Shown: positions 51,582 to 61,193 of the stretch, in pieces | Layout: every line of letters begins with the position of its first letter | How positions within the stretch are numbered: position 1 is the first letter of the stretch | Made by a program: the position numbers and the translations under genes | The notes under the pieces: model-generated | Database searches by the model: none | What the model was told of the DNA's origin: nothing | What the model saw: the letters and a program-made list of their open reading frames with translations, nothing else | Source: Candidatus Hydrogenedentota bacterium | GTDB lineage: Bacteria > Hydrogenedentota > Hydrogenedentia > Hydrogenedentales > SLHB01 | Length of the DNA stretch: 64,000 nucleotides | NCBI GenBank assembly: GCA_963674865.2 | Contig: CAXXYE010000009.1 | Location: 960,001 to 1,024,000 of the forward strand | Reading direction: 5' to 3'

Positions 51582-54068
51582 TTAGAAAGCCATGGCCGGT
51601 GACTCGGCGTGGCAGCGCAGGACGGGCTCAGGTTCTGTCCGGTCAAGGGGGGTAGTATCCTCGCCGACAGCCATGGCCCACAGCTTCTCGAAGGCCTGTT
51701 GAAAACTGCGCCCCTCCATGTATCTTCGGGCGGCGCGCCCCATGGCGGCCCGGCGCACGGGGTCTTCGAGCAGGGCCGCCACCGCCTCGACAAGGCCGCC
51801 GACGCTGTCGCCCGGCACAATGAGGCCTGTCTCCGAGGGGATGACATTCTCGCGAGGGCCGCCCTGATCCGTAACAACTACTGGGATTCCCGATGCTTGG
51901 GCTTCAAGCACTACATTGCCGAAGGTATCGGTGGTGCTAGGGAAGATGAAGAGCTCGCTGGACGCGTAGACACCGGCCAGATCTTCGCCGTCGAGGTAAC
52001 CGGTGAATAGCGCGGGTGTGCCGTCGAGGGCCGTTTCCATTTCCTCGCGATACGGGCCGTCTCCGACCACAACAAGGCGCGCGTCATAGCCCCGCGCGAG
52101 AAGCTCCCTGTACGCTAGGGATAGTATGTGGAGGTTCTTCTCCTTAGAGACACGCCCTACATACAGTAGAGTTGGCATGTTACCGGGAGAGTTGCAGTGC
52201 GAACCGAAGCGGTGCGGCCTCTTCCGGGGGTGGAATCGCTCAATATCCACGCCCCGGGGATAGGTAACGACCTTCCCCGGGGCCAACCCTCTTGCGATCA
52301 ACTCTTCCCCAGTGGCCGCGGACGGCACAAAAACAGCATCTAGCTGGGCGTAAAACCAGATCATGAACTTCCAGGAAAGCTCTTCCATGTAAGCGTCGCC
52401 CGTAAGGGCCTTGGTGTACTGCGGAAAGGCTGTGTGATACGTGCCGGTGATGGGAAGCTGAAGTATGCGCGCCACCCCGAGAGCCGCCAGCCCGACGGGG
52501 CCGGGCGTGGCCACCTTGATATGCGTAAACGCTTGATCGTAGCAGTCAAGCAGCATCTGCAAGAAGGGCGGCATGAAGAGCTGCAACTCCGGATAGGAAG
52601 GCACGGCGCATGTCCCTACCGGCCGGTAACATACCAAGCCGTCGTCGGCAGGCCCCGCCTCGGGACGGCAGGTGATCACCGAGTAATCCTTGCCGAGTTC
52701 CCTGGCCGTAACCAACTGCTGCTGGAGCGTCAAGGCCACACCGTTTACCTCGCGGAAGGTATCCGTGAAGTGGGCCAGACGCGGCGCCTGCGCCGATACG
52801 TGCCGGGTGCGTCGGCCTTTGCCCAGGGAGTTGAGCACGAGATGGCCGAACCGGCGCTGTTTGGCGAGGATCGAGCATGCCACGTAGTAAGGCGCCGAGA
52901 GGGTGTAGAGCCCGGCGGCGGAGCCCAGGGAATGGAACAGGTCGAATAGGCGCCCCCCCGCGAAGCGATCGATGACGTGGCCGCCAAGCTCCGCGAGCAC
53001 TTTGTTGGACACTCGGTTGACGAACTCGTACCAAGCTTTGTCCACATCGTTATCCAGCGTTCCACGGACGATATTCCTCAACTCCGAATCATTTTGGATG
53101 AGTCTTTCCGCCTCCGCCCGTGCCGTATCAAGCAGCGAGGCGCCGCCGTTCGCCGAGGCCCTTGCACGCCACCGGCGTGATAAGAGCAGGTAGAATCGCG
53201 ACAGTTTTGGCTCTTTGCGGCAAGAGGCCCGGAGTGTTCTGTCGAGGAAGCTAAGGAACACGTCCTTCTGCACGTAGCGGTCGAGGCGGAACTTGCTCTT
53301 ATGGAACTGGTAGGCAATGCTGTAGACGTTCCGGGCGTATGCCTTGGGCGAGGTGGCTCGGCACTGGATCTGTGCCCGGCCCTCGTTCACGCCCTGCCAG
53401 AACTCGTTGAAGTCCCGGGCATTTCGCACTTCGGTGTAGGCGGCGGCGAGCGTCAGCGAGCTGTGGTCATCCGACCCCGCAGTGAGATGCTTCTCCCAGG
53501 GCTTGTCGAAGAAGGGCTCCATCCGGTGCTTCGCTGCCAGGTCCGCGATCACCTTCGGTGTAAGGCCGGCGAGCAACTTACGCAAAGCCGCGTTCATCTC
53601 GGGATGGACGTCGCCGTTGCACTCCCAATTCCTGAAGAGCAGGATGAGCTGCTCGATGTGCTCGAGGGTGAGCCGGCCGTTGGGGCCGTACAGCGGATGG
53701 GCGCACGTGTGAGGGATCTTCTCGCGCCGGAGGTAGCCGGCGAAGTCGTAAAGATTCTCACGGGCCCGGCACAAGTCGCCGTGCTGCTCTTCGGACATGC
53801 CGTAGGCCAGCACATGGACTTTGCATCGATCCTCGGGGAAGTACGCCGTGTATTCGCAACCAACGAGCGTGTCGGGCAGGTGGGCTATCTCCAGGCAGGC
53901 GTCAATGACGTTGTGGTCCGTGATGGTAACGGCGGTCATTCCGCGGCGGCGCGCCGTGTGGTACAGCTCGAGGGGTTCAGTGAAGCTCTCCGGGCAGCCG
54001 ATCTTCTGCATGAGCCACAAAGACGGCCGTTTTGAGTACTTCGAGTGGCAGTGCAGGTCGATTCTCAT
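51582..54068 (-). CDS. PHP phosphoesterase domain fused to a GT4 glycosyltransferase
   Basis: DLHCHS, TITDHN, AHP, GSDDH; C-terminal NGVA, YHT, YVGRVSKEKN, DTFGNVVLEAQASG. Confidence 0.9.
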   Translation of the reverse strand: MRIDLHCHSKYSKRPSLWLMQKIGCPESFTEPLELYHTARRRGMTAVTITDHNVIDACLEIAHLPDTLVGCEYTAYFPEDRCKVHVLAYGMSEEQHGDLCRARENLYDFAGYLRREKIPHTCAHPLYGPNGRLTLEHIEQLILLFRNWECNGDVHPEMNAALRKLLAGLTPKVIADLAAKHRMEPFFDKPWEKHLTAGSDDHSSLTLAAAYTEVRNARDFNEFWQGVNEGRAQIQCRATSPKAYARNVYSIAYQFHKSKFRLDRYVQKDVFLSFLDRTLRASCRKEPKLSRFYLLLSRRWRARASANGGASLLDTARAEAERLIQNDSELRNIVRGTLDNDVDKAWYEFVNRVSNKVLAELGGHVIDRFAGGRLFDLFHSLGSAAGLYTLSAPYYVACSILAKQRRFGHLVLNSLGKGRRTRHVSAQAPRLAHFTDTFREVNGVALTLQQQLVTARELGKDYSVITCRPEAGPADDGLVCYRPVGTCAVPSYPELQLFMPPFLQMLLDCYDQAFTHIKVATPGPVGLAALGVARILQLPITGTYHTAFPQYTKALTGDAYMEELSWKFMIWFYAQLDAVFVPSAATGEELIARGLAPGKVVTYPRGVDIERFHPRKRPHRFGSHCNSPGNMPTLLYVGRVSKEKNLHILSLAYRELLARGYDARLVVVGDGPYREEMETALDGTPALFTGYLDGEDLAGVYASSELFIFPSTTDTFGNVVLEAQASGIPVVVTDQGGPRENVIPSETGLIVPGDSVGGLVEAVAALLEDPVRRAAMGRAARRYMEGRSFQQAFEKLWAMAVGEDTTPLDRTEPEPVLRCHAESPAMAF

Positions 54069-54219
54069 GAGTCTCCAGTCCGCAGCCGATGACCTCGATT
54101 GTCCGGGCTCTTAGCATAGTCTGGTGATGTTAGGCCACGAACAGGCACACGTTAGGATTGCGCAAGTATGGCAGGGCCGGCGATATAGGGCCTGCGGGCG
54201 GCAGGAGATTGGTGGGAGG

Positions 54220-55029
54220 TCAACCCAAGGCGACGTCGAGGACCATCATGATGGTGAAGCCAACCATGACGCCGATGGTGGGGATGTCGGTATCGCCCTT
54301 GCGCTGGGACTCGGGGATCAGCTCCTCGGCGCAGACGAAGATCATCGCACCGGCGGCAAAGGCCAGGGCGTAGGGCAGGATGGGCCGCATGAACACGACG
54401 GCTGCCGCGCCGGCCACGCCGGCCATCGGCTCCACGATGCCGGATAACTGGCCCATCCAGAACGATTTACGCCGGGAGATGCCTTCGCGGCGGAGCGGCA
54501 TGGCGACGGCCAATCCCTCCGGCAGATTCTGGATGCCGATGCCGACGGCAAGGGCGATGGCGCCCGCGAGCGTGGCCCCCTCGATGCCGTATCCCAGGGC
54601 ACCGAAGGCCACGCCGACGGCCAAGCCCTCGGGGGCGTTGTGCAGCGTAATGGCCAGGACAAGCAGCGTGCTTCGACGCCAGGAAGTGTGTATGCCTTCG
54701 GCATCGCCCATAGCCAGGCCGGGATGAAGGTGAGGCAGGATCTTGTCTACCAGCCAAAGAAACCCGCCGCCGGCGAGAAAGCCCACAGCCGGCGGCAGCC
54801 ATGGGGAAAGGCCCATGGCTTCGCTCAACTCGATCGCGGGTGCCAGCAGGGACCAGTAGCTGGCGGCGATCATCACGCCGGCCGCCATGCCCAACATACC
54901 GTCCATCAGCTTCTGGTTTATGGTCTTAGCAAAGAAGACGGGCACTGCGCCGAGGGCCGTCATGAACCATGTGAACAACGTGGCAAGAAGCGCTTGCAAC
55001 ACCGGACTAAGCTCGGTGAATCCGGACAT
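54220..55029 (-). CDS. ZIP-family (GufA/ZupT-like) divalent metal transporter
   Basis: [23 protein letters not shown], about 8 TMs. Confidence 0.9.
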   Translation of the reverse strand: MSGFTELSPVLQALLATLFTWFMTALGAVPVFFAKTINQKLMDGMLGMAAGVMIAASYWSLLAPAIELSEAMGLSPWLPPAVGFLAGGGFLWLVDKILPHLHPGLAMGDAEGIHTSWRRSTLLVLAITLHNAPEGLAVGVAFGALGYGIEGATLAGAIALAVGIGIQNLPEGLAVAMPLRREGISRRKSFWMGQLSGIVEPMAGVAGAAAVVFMRPILPYALAFAAGAMIFVCAEELIPESQRKGDTDIPTIGVMVGFTIMMVLDVALG

Positions 55030-55080
55030 GGCCGCCTCCTCATGTGATGGCCCTCACGAATCCCGCGTGAAGGCATTCTG

Positions 55081-55650
55081 TCAGAAGAGCAGATGATCAG
55101 CAAGAACCTTCACACCGATGCCTATAAGAATCACCCCGCCGGCTATTTCGACAGCGCGGCCGTAGCGGGCGCGCGTCCTGCTGCCAAGCCAGGTGCCCAG
55201 CGTGGTAAGAGCCGCTGTAATGACGCCAATGACGACGCTCGGATACCAAACCTGGACCTCGAGCATGGAGAAGCTGAATCCGACGGCGAGGGCGTCGATG
55301 CTCGTTGCCGTAGAGAGGGCAACCAGGCTGAGCCCACGCGTGGGATCGGTGGGCGTTGTAGACGGGGCCTCGTGGTCCTTCTTCATGGCCTCGATGATGG
55401 CTTTCAGCCCGATTAAGCTGAGCAGGCCGAAGACAATCCAATGGTCCCACGCGGCAATGTAGCCCAGCGCCCCGCGGCCCGCGAACCAGCCCAAGACGGG
55501 CATCACGGCCTGAAAGAGTCCGAAATGAAAACCCAATCGGAAAAACTGGCGAAAGGAGACATTTCGTAGACTGGCGCCGACGGCCAGAGCCACCGCGAAG
55601 GCGTCCATGGCAAGTCCAACGGCTATGAGGACGAGAACGGACAGGTGCAT
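55081..55650 (-). CDS. mntP: Manganese efflux pump MntP
   Basis: LAMDAFAV, FGLFQAVMP, DHWI, ATSIDALAVG. Confidence 0.92.
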   Translation of the reverse strand: MHLSVLVLIAVGLAMDAFAVALAVGASLRNVSFRQFFRLGFHFGLFQAVMPVLGWFAGRGALGYIAAWDHWIVFGLLSLIGLKAIIEAMKKDHEAPSTTPTDPTRGLSLVALSTATSIDALAVGFSFSMLEVQVWYPSVVIGVITAALTTLGTWLGSRTRARYGRAVEIAGGVILIGIGVKVLADHLLF

Positions 55651-55756
55651 GAGTCTCTCTCGCTACTGCCTCGCACAGCGAGTGCGGGAAGTACAAGGGC
55701 AGCCGGGGCGCGTGCCGATCCCTACTTCGCGATAACGGCTGGACGAACCGATCGCA

Positions 55757-55918
55757 CTACTCGGCCTTCTCATCGATAAGGTTCTGGAGTCCGGCGAGGG
55801 TGTCCACGAGGGAGCCTGCTATGGATAGGGCCTCGTTGATGACCTTGGCTACATCCTCGATGTCTGCGGCGAGGGCGGGACGGCGGGCGACCCGCGAAAG
55901 GGCACTCACATGTTTCAT
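55757..55918 (-). CDS. 53-aa small protein, below the ORF-track cutoff
   Basis: GAGGAGG RBS, then ATG 55918 to TAG 55757: MKHVSALSRVARRPALAADIEDVAKVINEALSIAGSLVDTLAGLQNLIDEKAE. Fills the intergenic gap on the operon strand. Confidence 0.75.
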   Translation of the reverse strand: MKHVSALSRVARRPALAADIEDVAKVINEALSIAGSLVDTLAGLQNLIDEKAE

Positions 55919-55976
55919 CGAACTTCCTCCTCAAAACGGATTGCCTTGTTTCTGCAACGTCGCCGGCCGTTCCGCA

Positions 55977-58085
55977 TCAGAAACGGCGAACGAGCTTCGC
56001 GAATACGCCCTGACCTTCTTCGTCCGCCGAGCGGAAGTCGTTCAACACGACGTATACGTCCCAATCCTCGCGGGGGTACCAGGTGAACAGGAGCGTGAGG
56101 TTGTGACGGTCCTCGGAACTGTCCTCGATTGTGAGTTTCACGCGGGCATCCCACTGGAAAGTATACTCGGTGATCCAACGCCAGAGCCAGACGTCGTGCT
56201 TGCCGTCGTCGGCGTACTCGAGGCGGTAGTTTGCCTCCAGCTCCGTGGTCAGCCGCTCCGTGAGCCGGAATGGTTGGAGGACGGAGTACTCGTCGTAGGG
56301 AACCTCCTGGAAAACGCCGTGGGCGAGAGTACATCGATAGGAGTGCCAATAGTTGCTCAGGTTGTACGAGAGGCGGGTGTTGATCTCCCAGTTGTTGTAC
56401 GGCGCGTGGTAATTGTTGATGTAATTGACCACGATCTCGAATTCATTCCGCCACTCGAAGTTGACCTTCTGTTTGAAGTCACGGAGCGTGGTCTGGCCTT
56501 TGTGGTTCTCGTAGAAGGTGAATGTTGATCCGAGATTCCACCAGCGGAGTGGCCCTTCAGCCACGTAGTCGCCAAGGTCCAGCGTGGCCGAGCCGCCGCG
56601 GATGTCCCGCCGCGGGACGTAGCCGAGGTCTGGCCGAAAGTCCTCGGACACATCTGTGAGGGCAAGTTCCCACACAATAGGCCGCTGGCCGCCCTCAAGT
56701 GTCGCCTCCATGGCGTAGCCGTCTCGTTTGACTGTCTCCGTAGTCTCATATCCGTCGTCATTGACGGTGACGACCTCCTCCTCGTCGTCCATGCCGAGGG
56801 CCTGCGCATAGAGGCTGATGCTATCGCTCAGATAGACACGGGCGTCCAGCCCCCCGATGCGGTTGAAGCCGTCTTCTCGCTCGGAACTGACTAGGATGGC
56901 GCCTATGTGGTTGTCTTCACCGATATTGCGGATGAGCCGTCCCACGAAGTAATTGCCGTCGGGGTGCCCGCCGGCTCGGCCGATCTGTCCCTCCACGTCC
57001 AGCAGGCCCATATTCCATCGTGGTCCGACGCCGGTAATCTTCGCGCCGGCGTCGATGTCCGCCAGGCGACGGCTGTAGTAGACGTCGATAGGAGTATCGA
57101 ACAACTCGGCGCCTTCCTTGAAAAAGGGCCTACGCTCTTCCAGAAAACGCTCCGTATCGCGCAGTTCGATGGTGTCGGGGTCGGCTTCAACCTGCCCGAA
57201 ATCGGGATTAATGGTGAAGGCGGATATGAGCTGGGGGCTCAGGCGCGTGGAGACGTCGAGGCCCGTGGAGGCGTCGTGATCATTGCCCTTGGTATCTCCG
57301 GTGCCGCTGACATAGACCTCAAAGTCGGGCTGGTGCTTGACCTTCACTTGAGACAGGTCGAGGCCGACCAGTGTGCCGAAGTACCGGGGAGAATCGGTGT
57401 CTTCGTTGTAGTAGGACCATGTGCTGTACTCGAGTTCGCCGTTTTCCCTTCGATGGAAGTTGACTCCCCACGTGACATCGTCGCCGGAGAGGTAATGGAG
57501 TTCGCCAATGGGAATCGCCATTTCGGCGAACCACCGGTCTTCGCCGACCGTACAGGCAGCCTGCCAGTCGCAGTCCCAGGAAATGTTCGTACCGAACAGA
57601 CCCTCGCGACTGTCCAATCTCGTGGCGAGGGTGTTCGTGGTGAATACGTAGCGACCGCGGTGGTCGTAGAAGGTATCGAGTTCCACCTCGACGGTGTCGT
57701 CCGTTCCCAATTTGCGGTCGTGTTTGCGCTCGACGGCCTGGATCTTCTCAGGCTCAGGCTCGATACACTCGAACGCGACATAAACGTAGGCGCCGTCGTA
57801 AAGGACCCGTACCAGTGTCTGTTGCTTGGCCGGACGTTTGGCGTCAGTGTCGGTGAAATCCGTGGCGACGGGCGCGTCCTGCCAGCACGGGTCGTCGAGG
57901 ACACCGTCGAGCTTGGGAGGTGTGTCCGTGCGGACGGCAGGGATCGAGGGGGGTACAAAGTCTTCTTGCGCGTAGGCGCAGGCCATGGAGATAAGCAGAG
58001 CGAGAGAAGCGATGAGCGCCGGTGGCGAGCAGATGGAGCGCGACGCGTCTTTGCGGGTAGATAGTGATTCTCTGCGGGGGGACAT
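55977..58085 (-). CDS. CBM9-like plus DUF5916 exported / outer-membrane beta-barrel protein
   Basis: PKLDGVLDDPCW, W.AEMAIP, TINPDFGQVEAD, ERRPFFKEG, YSRR, C-terminal Phe. Start uncertain (58085, or 58181 with a GAAGAGG RBS). Confidence 0.8.
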   Translation of the reverse strand: MSPRRESLSTRKDASRSICSPPALIASLALLISMACAYAQEDFVPPSIPAVRTDTPPKLDGVLDDPCWQDAPVATDFTDTDAKRPAKQQTLVRVLYDGAYVYVAFECIEPEPEKIQAVERKHDRKLGTDDTVEVELDTFYDHRGRYVFTTNTLATRLDSREGLFGTNISWDCDWQAACTVGEDRWFAEMAIPIGELHYLSGDDVTWGVNFHRRENGELEYSTWSYYNEDTDSPRYFGTLVGLDLSQVKVKHQPDFEVYVSGTGDTKGNDHDASTGLDVSTRLSPQLISAFTINPDFGQVEADPDTIELRDTERFLEERRPFFKEGAELFDTPIDVYYSRRLADIDAGAKITGVGPRWNMGLLDVEGQIGRAGGHPDGNYFVGRLIRNIGEDNHIGAILVSSEREDGFNRIGGLDARVYLSDSISLYAQALGMDDEEEVVTVNDDGYETTETVKRDGYAMEATLEGGQRPIVWELALTDVSEDFRPDLGYVPRRDIRGGSATLDLGDYVAEGPLRWWNLGSTFTFYENHKGQTTLRDFKQKVNFEWRNEFEIVVNYINNYHAPYNNWEINTRLSYNLSNYWHSYRCTLAHGVFQEVPYDEYSVLQPFRLTERLTTELEANYRLEYADDGKHDVWLWRWITEYTFQWDARVKLTIEDSSEDRHNLTLLFTWYPREDWDVYVVLNDFRSADEEGQGVFAKLVRRF

Positions 58086-58330
58086 GCCGCGCAGTCCTGG
58101 GGCCTGTGCGTTTCCCAGACGGGCCGTCCGTGTCCTGCCACGGCTGGATACATACAGTTTCACAACGGGAAGGTACAACATTCGAGTAACCTCTTCGCGA
58201 GGAGACACGCAAAGCAACCTGCAGCCGCGGGACGCAACGGAATCATAGACGGATGAGGCGGCACGGGTCAACCGGTCTGCCGGATCCTTCTTGCGGGTCT
58301 GGAGTCCATTTTCGCGGATGCTACAGCGTG

Positions 58331-59677
58331 CTACGTGAACTCCAGCAGGCGCGGATTCTTGATCCACCGGCTGGTGGCGGAGGCCATCTCGCGCACCATG
58401 GCCCGACATTGGCCAATGCTCAGGCGGGAGCAGAGGGGATCGGTATTGACGAGCATGACGAGTTCATCGAAGGAGCCCGTCAGCGCGATATCGATGGATG
58501 CTTCCTGGCGGAGGGCATGGGGAACCACGATGGGGGTCAGGGCATCCGGCAAGGGTGAGCAAAGCGGATGAACGCCCGCCCCATCGAAGAGACAACGCGT
58601 GTCCACGACACTGCCCGCCGGCAATTGCGGAGTCTGGCCGACGTTGGTGTAGTTCGTGGTCCAGAAAAGCGTCCGGCGCCCGAGTAGTGCCTCGACCATC
58701 TTCGCGAGAGGGTCATCGGCCAGCCCGAGTGCATGGATATAGGCCTCGTCGCCCGTGTCGATATAGGCTTCGATGTGGCCGCGCTTCTCGTCGCGCGCCT
58801 TCTCGCGGCCGGGGATAGCCGTGCGTCCCAGGCCATACGGCAAGACCTCATTGCCGGGGAGTATCCATGGCCAGTTCTCGACGGTGTGCCGGTCCGGCAC
58901 GGCCGGCAGGTAGCCGAACTCGGCCCAGGCGGCGAAGGCCACGCGAAAGGACGCGGGCCTGTAGGGCAGCCCCTCAACAGGCTCTTGGGAAAGGGAGAGG
59001 TCCTTCCCGCTGCGATATCCCATGTCTTCGAGTTGCGCAAGAACATCCATACCATCGGCGTGGAGGCGCGTGAACCAGGTGCCGTGATCGATGCCGGCAA
59101 CGGTGAAATCGAGCCGGGCATCGACTGTAGCGCCGGCAAGTCCGGCAAAGGTCCGGGCGGTTCTTTCGACGGCATGGCAGCTCCCGAGTGTCTTGATGCC
59201 GAAGTTCCGCTGCGGGGTGCGCGTCAGCACCGTCATGGGATTGCTGACGTTGATGAGCCAAGCATTGGGGCAGTGGCGCTGCATCGCTTCGCCGATGTCA
59301 TTCAGCACGGGAATCGCTCGCATGGCGCGCAGCCAGCCGGCGGGGCCTACGGTGTCGCCGACGGTGTGATAGATGCCGTAGCGTTCGGGAATCTCGAGAT
59401 CGTGTCGCATGGCGTCGAGCCCGCCGATGGCGATAGCCACCCAAACGTGATCGGCGCCGTCGAGAGCGGCAGCTAACTCGGTGGTGTGCTCGATGGTGAT
59501 GCGCGAGCCGTGGGCCGCATTGTAGATGCCGGCGGCTTTGGCCACCAGCTCAAGCGCCTCCGGATTCAAATCCATCAAGACGAAATGGATATCCTCCAGG
59601 TGTTCACTATTGACGAGCTGGCGCACGAATCCCATCGTCCATCCATAGCTGCCGCCGCCGATCATGGCGATTTTCAT
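58331..59677 (-). CDS. GH4 NAD+/metal-dependent glycosidase (alpha-galactosidase-like)
   Basis: KIAMIGGGS, GDTVGPAG..RAMR, NVSNPM, GSCH, AGIDH. Confidence 0.88.
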   Translation of the reverse strand: MKIAMIGGGSYGWTMGFVRQLVNSEHLEDIHFVLMDLNPEALELVAKAAGIYNAAHGSRITIEHTTELAAALDGADHVWVAIAIGGLDAMRHDLEIPERYGIYHTVGDTVGPAGWLRAMRAIPVLNDIGEAMQRHCPNAWLINVSNPMTVLTRTPQRNFGIKTLGSCHAVERTARTFAGLAGATVDARLDFTVAGIDHGTWFTRLHADGMDVLAQLEDMGYRSGKDLSLSQEPVEGLPYRPASFRVAFAAWAEFGYLPAVPDRHTVENWPWILPGNEVLPYGLGRTAIPGREKARDEKRGHIEAYIDTGDEAYIHALGLADDPLAKMVEALLGRRTLFWTTNYTNVGQTPQLPAGSVVDTRCLFDGAGVHPLCSPLPDALTPIVVPHALRQEASIDIALTGSFDELVMLVNTDPLCSRLSIGQCRAMVREMASATSRWIKNPRLLEFT

Positions 59678-59879
59678 ACCTTGCGCTCTCCTCTTCTGTT
59701 CGTAGATTTCTTGTGATGGGCTTGCATGTGCTAATCATAGCCGCGCACGCACGCGCCCTCAAAGTGACTTCATGCAAGTAGGTCAGATTGGCCTATCATT
59801 CAGACTGGTTCTTTGTCTATCCTCCTCTTGTCCACCGAAAGAGTGTAGGAGATTGAGGCGTAGCAGGACAAAAGCAAAC

Positions 59880-61049
59880 ATGAGTCGGGTTTTCTTCGAA
59901 CCGGATAGCATCCTACGGGCCACCTTCGTGGATCGGCCCAACCGGTTCCTCGTGCGCTGCCGCTTGCCGGAGGGAAAGCGCATCCAGGCCTTCCTACCGA
60001 ATCCGGGGAGACTATCGGAGCTGCTGCTCCCGGAAACGCCGCTACGCGTCGTTGAATCCGCGAAGACGGATGGGACGCGCAAGACACGCTTCACGGTGGC
60101 CGCGGTCGAGCGCGAGGGGACGCCGATATTCCTGGACACGCACTTGACGAACGCGGTGGCGCGTTACCTGCTGGAGGCGGGGCGGGTCCCCGGGCTTGCC
60201 GGCGCCAAGATCATCCGCGCGGAGGCGCCGGTGGGCCGAAGCCGGTTCGATTTCCTACTGGAAGAAGGCGGCCGTCCGATGTACCTGGAAGTGAAGTCGG
60301 TGACGTTCTTCGGCGGCCGCGTCGCGATGTTTCCGGACGCCATCACGGCCCGTGGCAGGCGTCATCTGATAGAGTTGGCGGAGCTGTCGCGCGCCGGCAC
60401 GCGTACGGCGGTGCTCTTCGTGGTGCACCATCCGGACATCGATTGGTTCATGCCCGACTACCATACGGATCTGGCGTTCAGTAAGACCTTTCTGGCCGTG
60501 CGGGACGCGGTGGAGTTCCATCCCGTATCCGTCCGGTGGCGCAGGGACCTGACTCTGGCCGATAAGGTCAAACCGGTGGCGATTCCCTGGGAATACCTCG
60601 AACGCGAGGTGGCCGATCGGGGGGCGTACATTTTGTTGCTTCATCTGAAACGTCGGCGCCGTGTCAGGGTCGGCGAACTGGGCGTCTTCACCTTTCCCAA
60701 GGGGCACTATCTGTACGTTGGTTCGGCCATGCGAAACCTTACCGCGCGCATCGCCCGCCATGAGCGCCGCCGGAAACGGCTGCATTGGCACATCGACTAT
60801 CTTCGGGAGGCGGCGGACTCGTGCACGGCCCTGCCCATCCACTCTTCACGCCGCGAGGAGTGCGCTATCGCGAATGCCTTGGGCGGGCTGTTCCAGTACG
60901 GCCCGACAGGCTTCGGCGCCTCCGATTGCGCCTGCCCGGCACACCTGTTTTATGCGGCCGCCGACCCGCTCGAGCAGCGGGCTTTCCACGACGTGCTACA
61001 GGACTTGCGGATGCGTCTGCCGGAGCGCTCTGCGAACAAGCCGGGCTAA
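59880..61049 (+). CDS. sfsA: SfsA nuclease fused to a C-terminal DUF123/GIY-YIG-like domain
   Basis: RPNRF, PNPGRL, RFDFL, LEVKSVT, FPDA.T.RG..HL; then GAYILL..YLYVGSA..RH..HWHIDYL..GFGASDC.C..HL. Start at ATG 59880. Confidence 0.88.
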   Translation: MSRVFFEPDSILRATFVDRPNRFLVRCRLPEGKRIQAFLPNPGRLSELLLPETPLRVVESAKTDGTRKTRFTVAAVEREGTPIFLDTHLTNAVARYLLEAGRVPGLAGAKIIRAEAPVGRSRFDFLLEEGGRPMYLEVKSVTFFGGRVAMFPDAITARGRRHLIELAELSRAGTRTAVLFVVHHPDIDWFMPDYHTDLAFSKTFLAVRDAVEFHPVSVRWRRDLTLADKVKPVAIPWEYLEREVADRGAYILLLHLKRRRRVRVGELGVFTFPKGHYLYVGSAMRNLTARIARHERRRKRLHWHIDYLREAADSCTALPIHSSRREECAIANALGGLFQYGPTGFGASDCACPAHLFYAAADPLEQRAFHDVLQDLRMRLPERSANKPG

Positions 61050-61132
61050 TCCACGACGAAGCCGTCTTTCTCAAGTTCGCGCGCGAGATAGGCTTTGGAG
61101 ATATCTCCGTAGGCGACAACGCGTTGTGCGTC
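61046..61132 (-). pseudogene. Isolated relic of the 3' end of the helicase-associated gene
   Basis: Translates as DAQRVVAYGDISKAYLARELEKDGFVVD*, versus DRQRVVAYRDVSKSDLARELEKDGFVVD* at 32643-32729; 70/87 nt identical by hand count. Confidence 0.85.
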
Positions 61133-61164
61133 CGAGTCGTTCGCCGTGTGAAGACTCGGTAGCA

Positions 61165-61193
61165 TTGACAGGGGCAAGAGCTTGGGCTATATT
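61165..61193 (+). promoter_or_regulatory. sigma70 promoter of the glycosyltransferase cluster
   Basis: TTGACA (61165)-17 bp-TATATT (61188). Confidence 0.7.

Noticed and set aside
55651..55770. yybP-ykoY Mn riboswitch upstream of mntP
   Set aside because: The context fits, but the motif resemblance (GAGTAG..CGTTATCGCG..GAGAC) is weak and overlaps the small ORF stop. An Infernal search with the yybP-ykoY model would decide.
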